Below are positions 31,684 to 32,000 of a DNA stretch of 32,000 nt, one piece after another. This DNA comes from Candidatus Saccharimonadota bacterium. Lineage in GTDB: Bacteria; Patescibacteriota; Gracilibacteria; Absconditabacterales; Absconditicoccaceae. Each line of letters starts with the position of its first letter. Positions within the stretch are counted from its first letter, which is position 1. The position numbers and the translations under genes were made by a program. The stretch is taken from positions 480,001-512,000 of the forward strand of contig JAUIDC010000001.1 in assembly GCA_030429145.1 (NCBI GenBank). Reading direction: 5' to 3'. Under the pieces are notes generated by a model. That model made no database searches, was not told the DNA's origin, and saw only the letters and a program-made list of their open reading frames with translations.

Positions 31684-31831
31684 TCTTGCTTTTTTAGAGT
31701 TGTTCCTTATAGTCTACGTCACGTTGTTAATTAATGAAAAAAATGCAGGTAACGACAGGATAAAGTTTGCCAATTTATAAACCTGAAATTGGCAGATAGG
31801 CATTATTTCATGGTGATAGGGTTTATAGTGT

Positions 31832-31865
31832 AAGCGCACTGGGTTTTCCCAGAGCGCTTTTTTTA
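31832..31865 (+). terminator. Orphan terminator-like hairpin with a T-run; no ORF of 60 aa or more lies upstream
   Basis: AAGCGCACTGGGttttCCCAGAGCGCTT is a 12-bp stem with one mismatch, followed by TTTTTTT. Confidence 0.5.
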
Positions 31866-32000
31866 AAATTCAAGTCTGGATATAGAATCTAAATTTTCTA
31901 TTCAATGGTCCTTATATATAGAGGAGGTGTTTGCACAGGAAGTTTCGTATTCATCGATCTTAAGTAGGCTTAGAGTTTCATTTACTTTTTTTCATTGGGT

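Noticed and set aside
1-32000. A search for CRISPR arrays, tRNA or rRNA genes, and IS or transposase ends, especially around the 26.6-27.1 kb junction.
   Set aside because: I saw no regularly spaced direct repeats, cloverleaf-like sequences, rRNA-like segments, terminal inverted repeats or transposase-like ORFs on either strand.

Overview
The window has two parts that use different coding rules. Positions 1-26589 hold a dense minus-strand gene array that looks shattered in the standard-code ORF track. Every interruption is an in-frame TGA. Reading the gaps codon by codon, I counted about 93 in-frame TGA and no in-frame TAA or TAG across roughly 8,700 codons. All ten genes end in TAA or TAG. 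Paralog alignment and glycine-rich contexts indicate UGA=Gly (translation table 25, known from Gracilibacteria and Absconditabacteria/SR1 of the Candidate Phyla Radiation). Re-translated, the fragments fuse into: a giant 3,898-aa secreted adhesin-like protein (9746..21442); two tandem paralogous fibre-like proteins with C-terminal self-cleaving S74 chaperone domains (21619..23511 and 23563..26589); four signal-peptide proteins of unknown family; a metallophosphoesterase; and two paralogous polytopic membrane proteins. Genes from the giant ORF to the left edge are separated by only 2-76 nt, so this looks like one operon-like array, possibly a cell-surface or host-interaction system. Positions 27090-31638 (plus strand) differ sharply. 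They carry a 1,200-aa subtilisin-like S8 peptidase with tandem Ig-like repeats and a Bacteroidota-type T9SS C-terminal sorting domain. Next to it is a protein-glutaminase-like lipoprotein whose catalytic Cys and His appear substituted. Neither gene has a single TGA codon, and both are followed by strong GC-rich rho-independent terminators. The switch at about 26.6-27.1 kb is therefore either an assembly or binning chimera, or a very recent horizontal acquisition. I found no rRNA, tRNA, CRISPR array or transposase.
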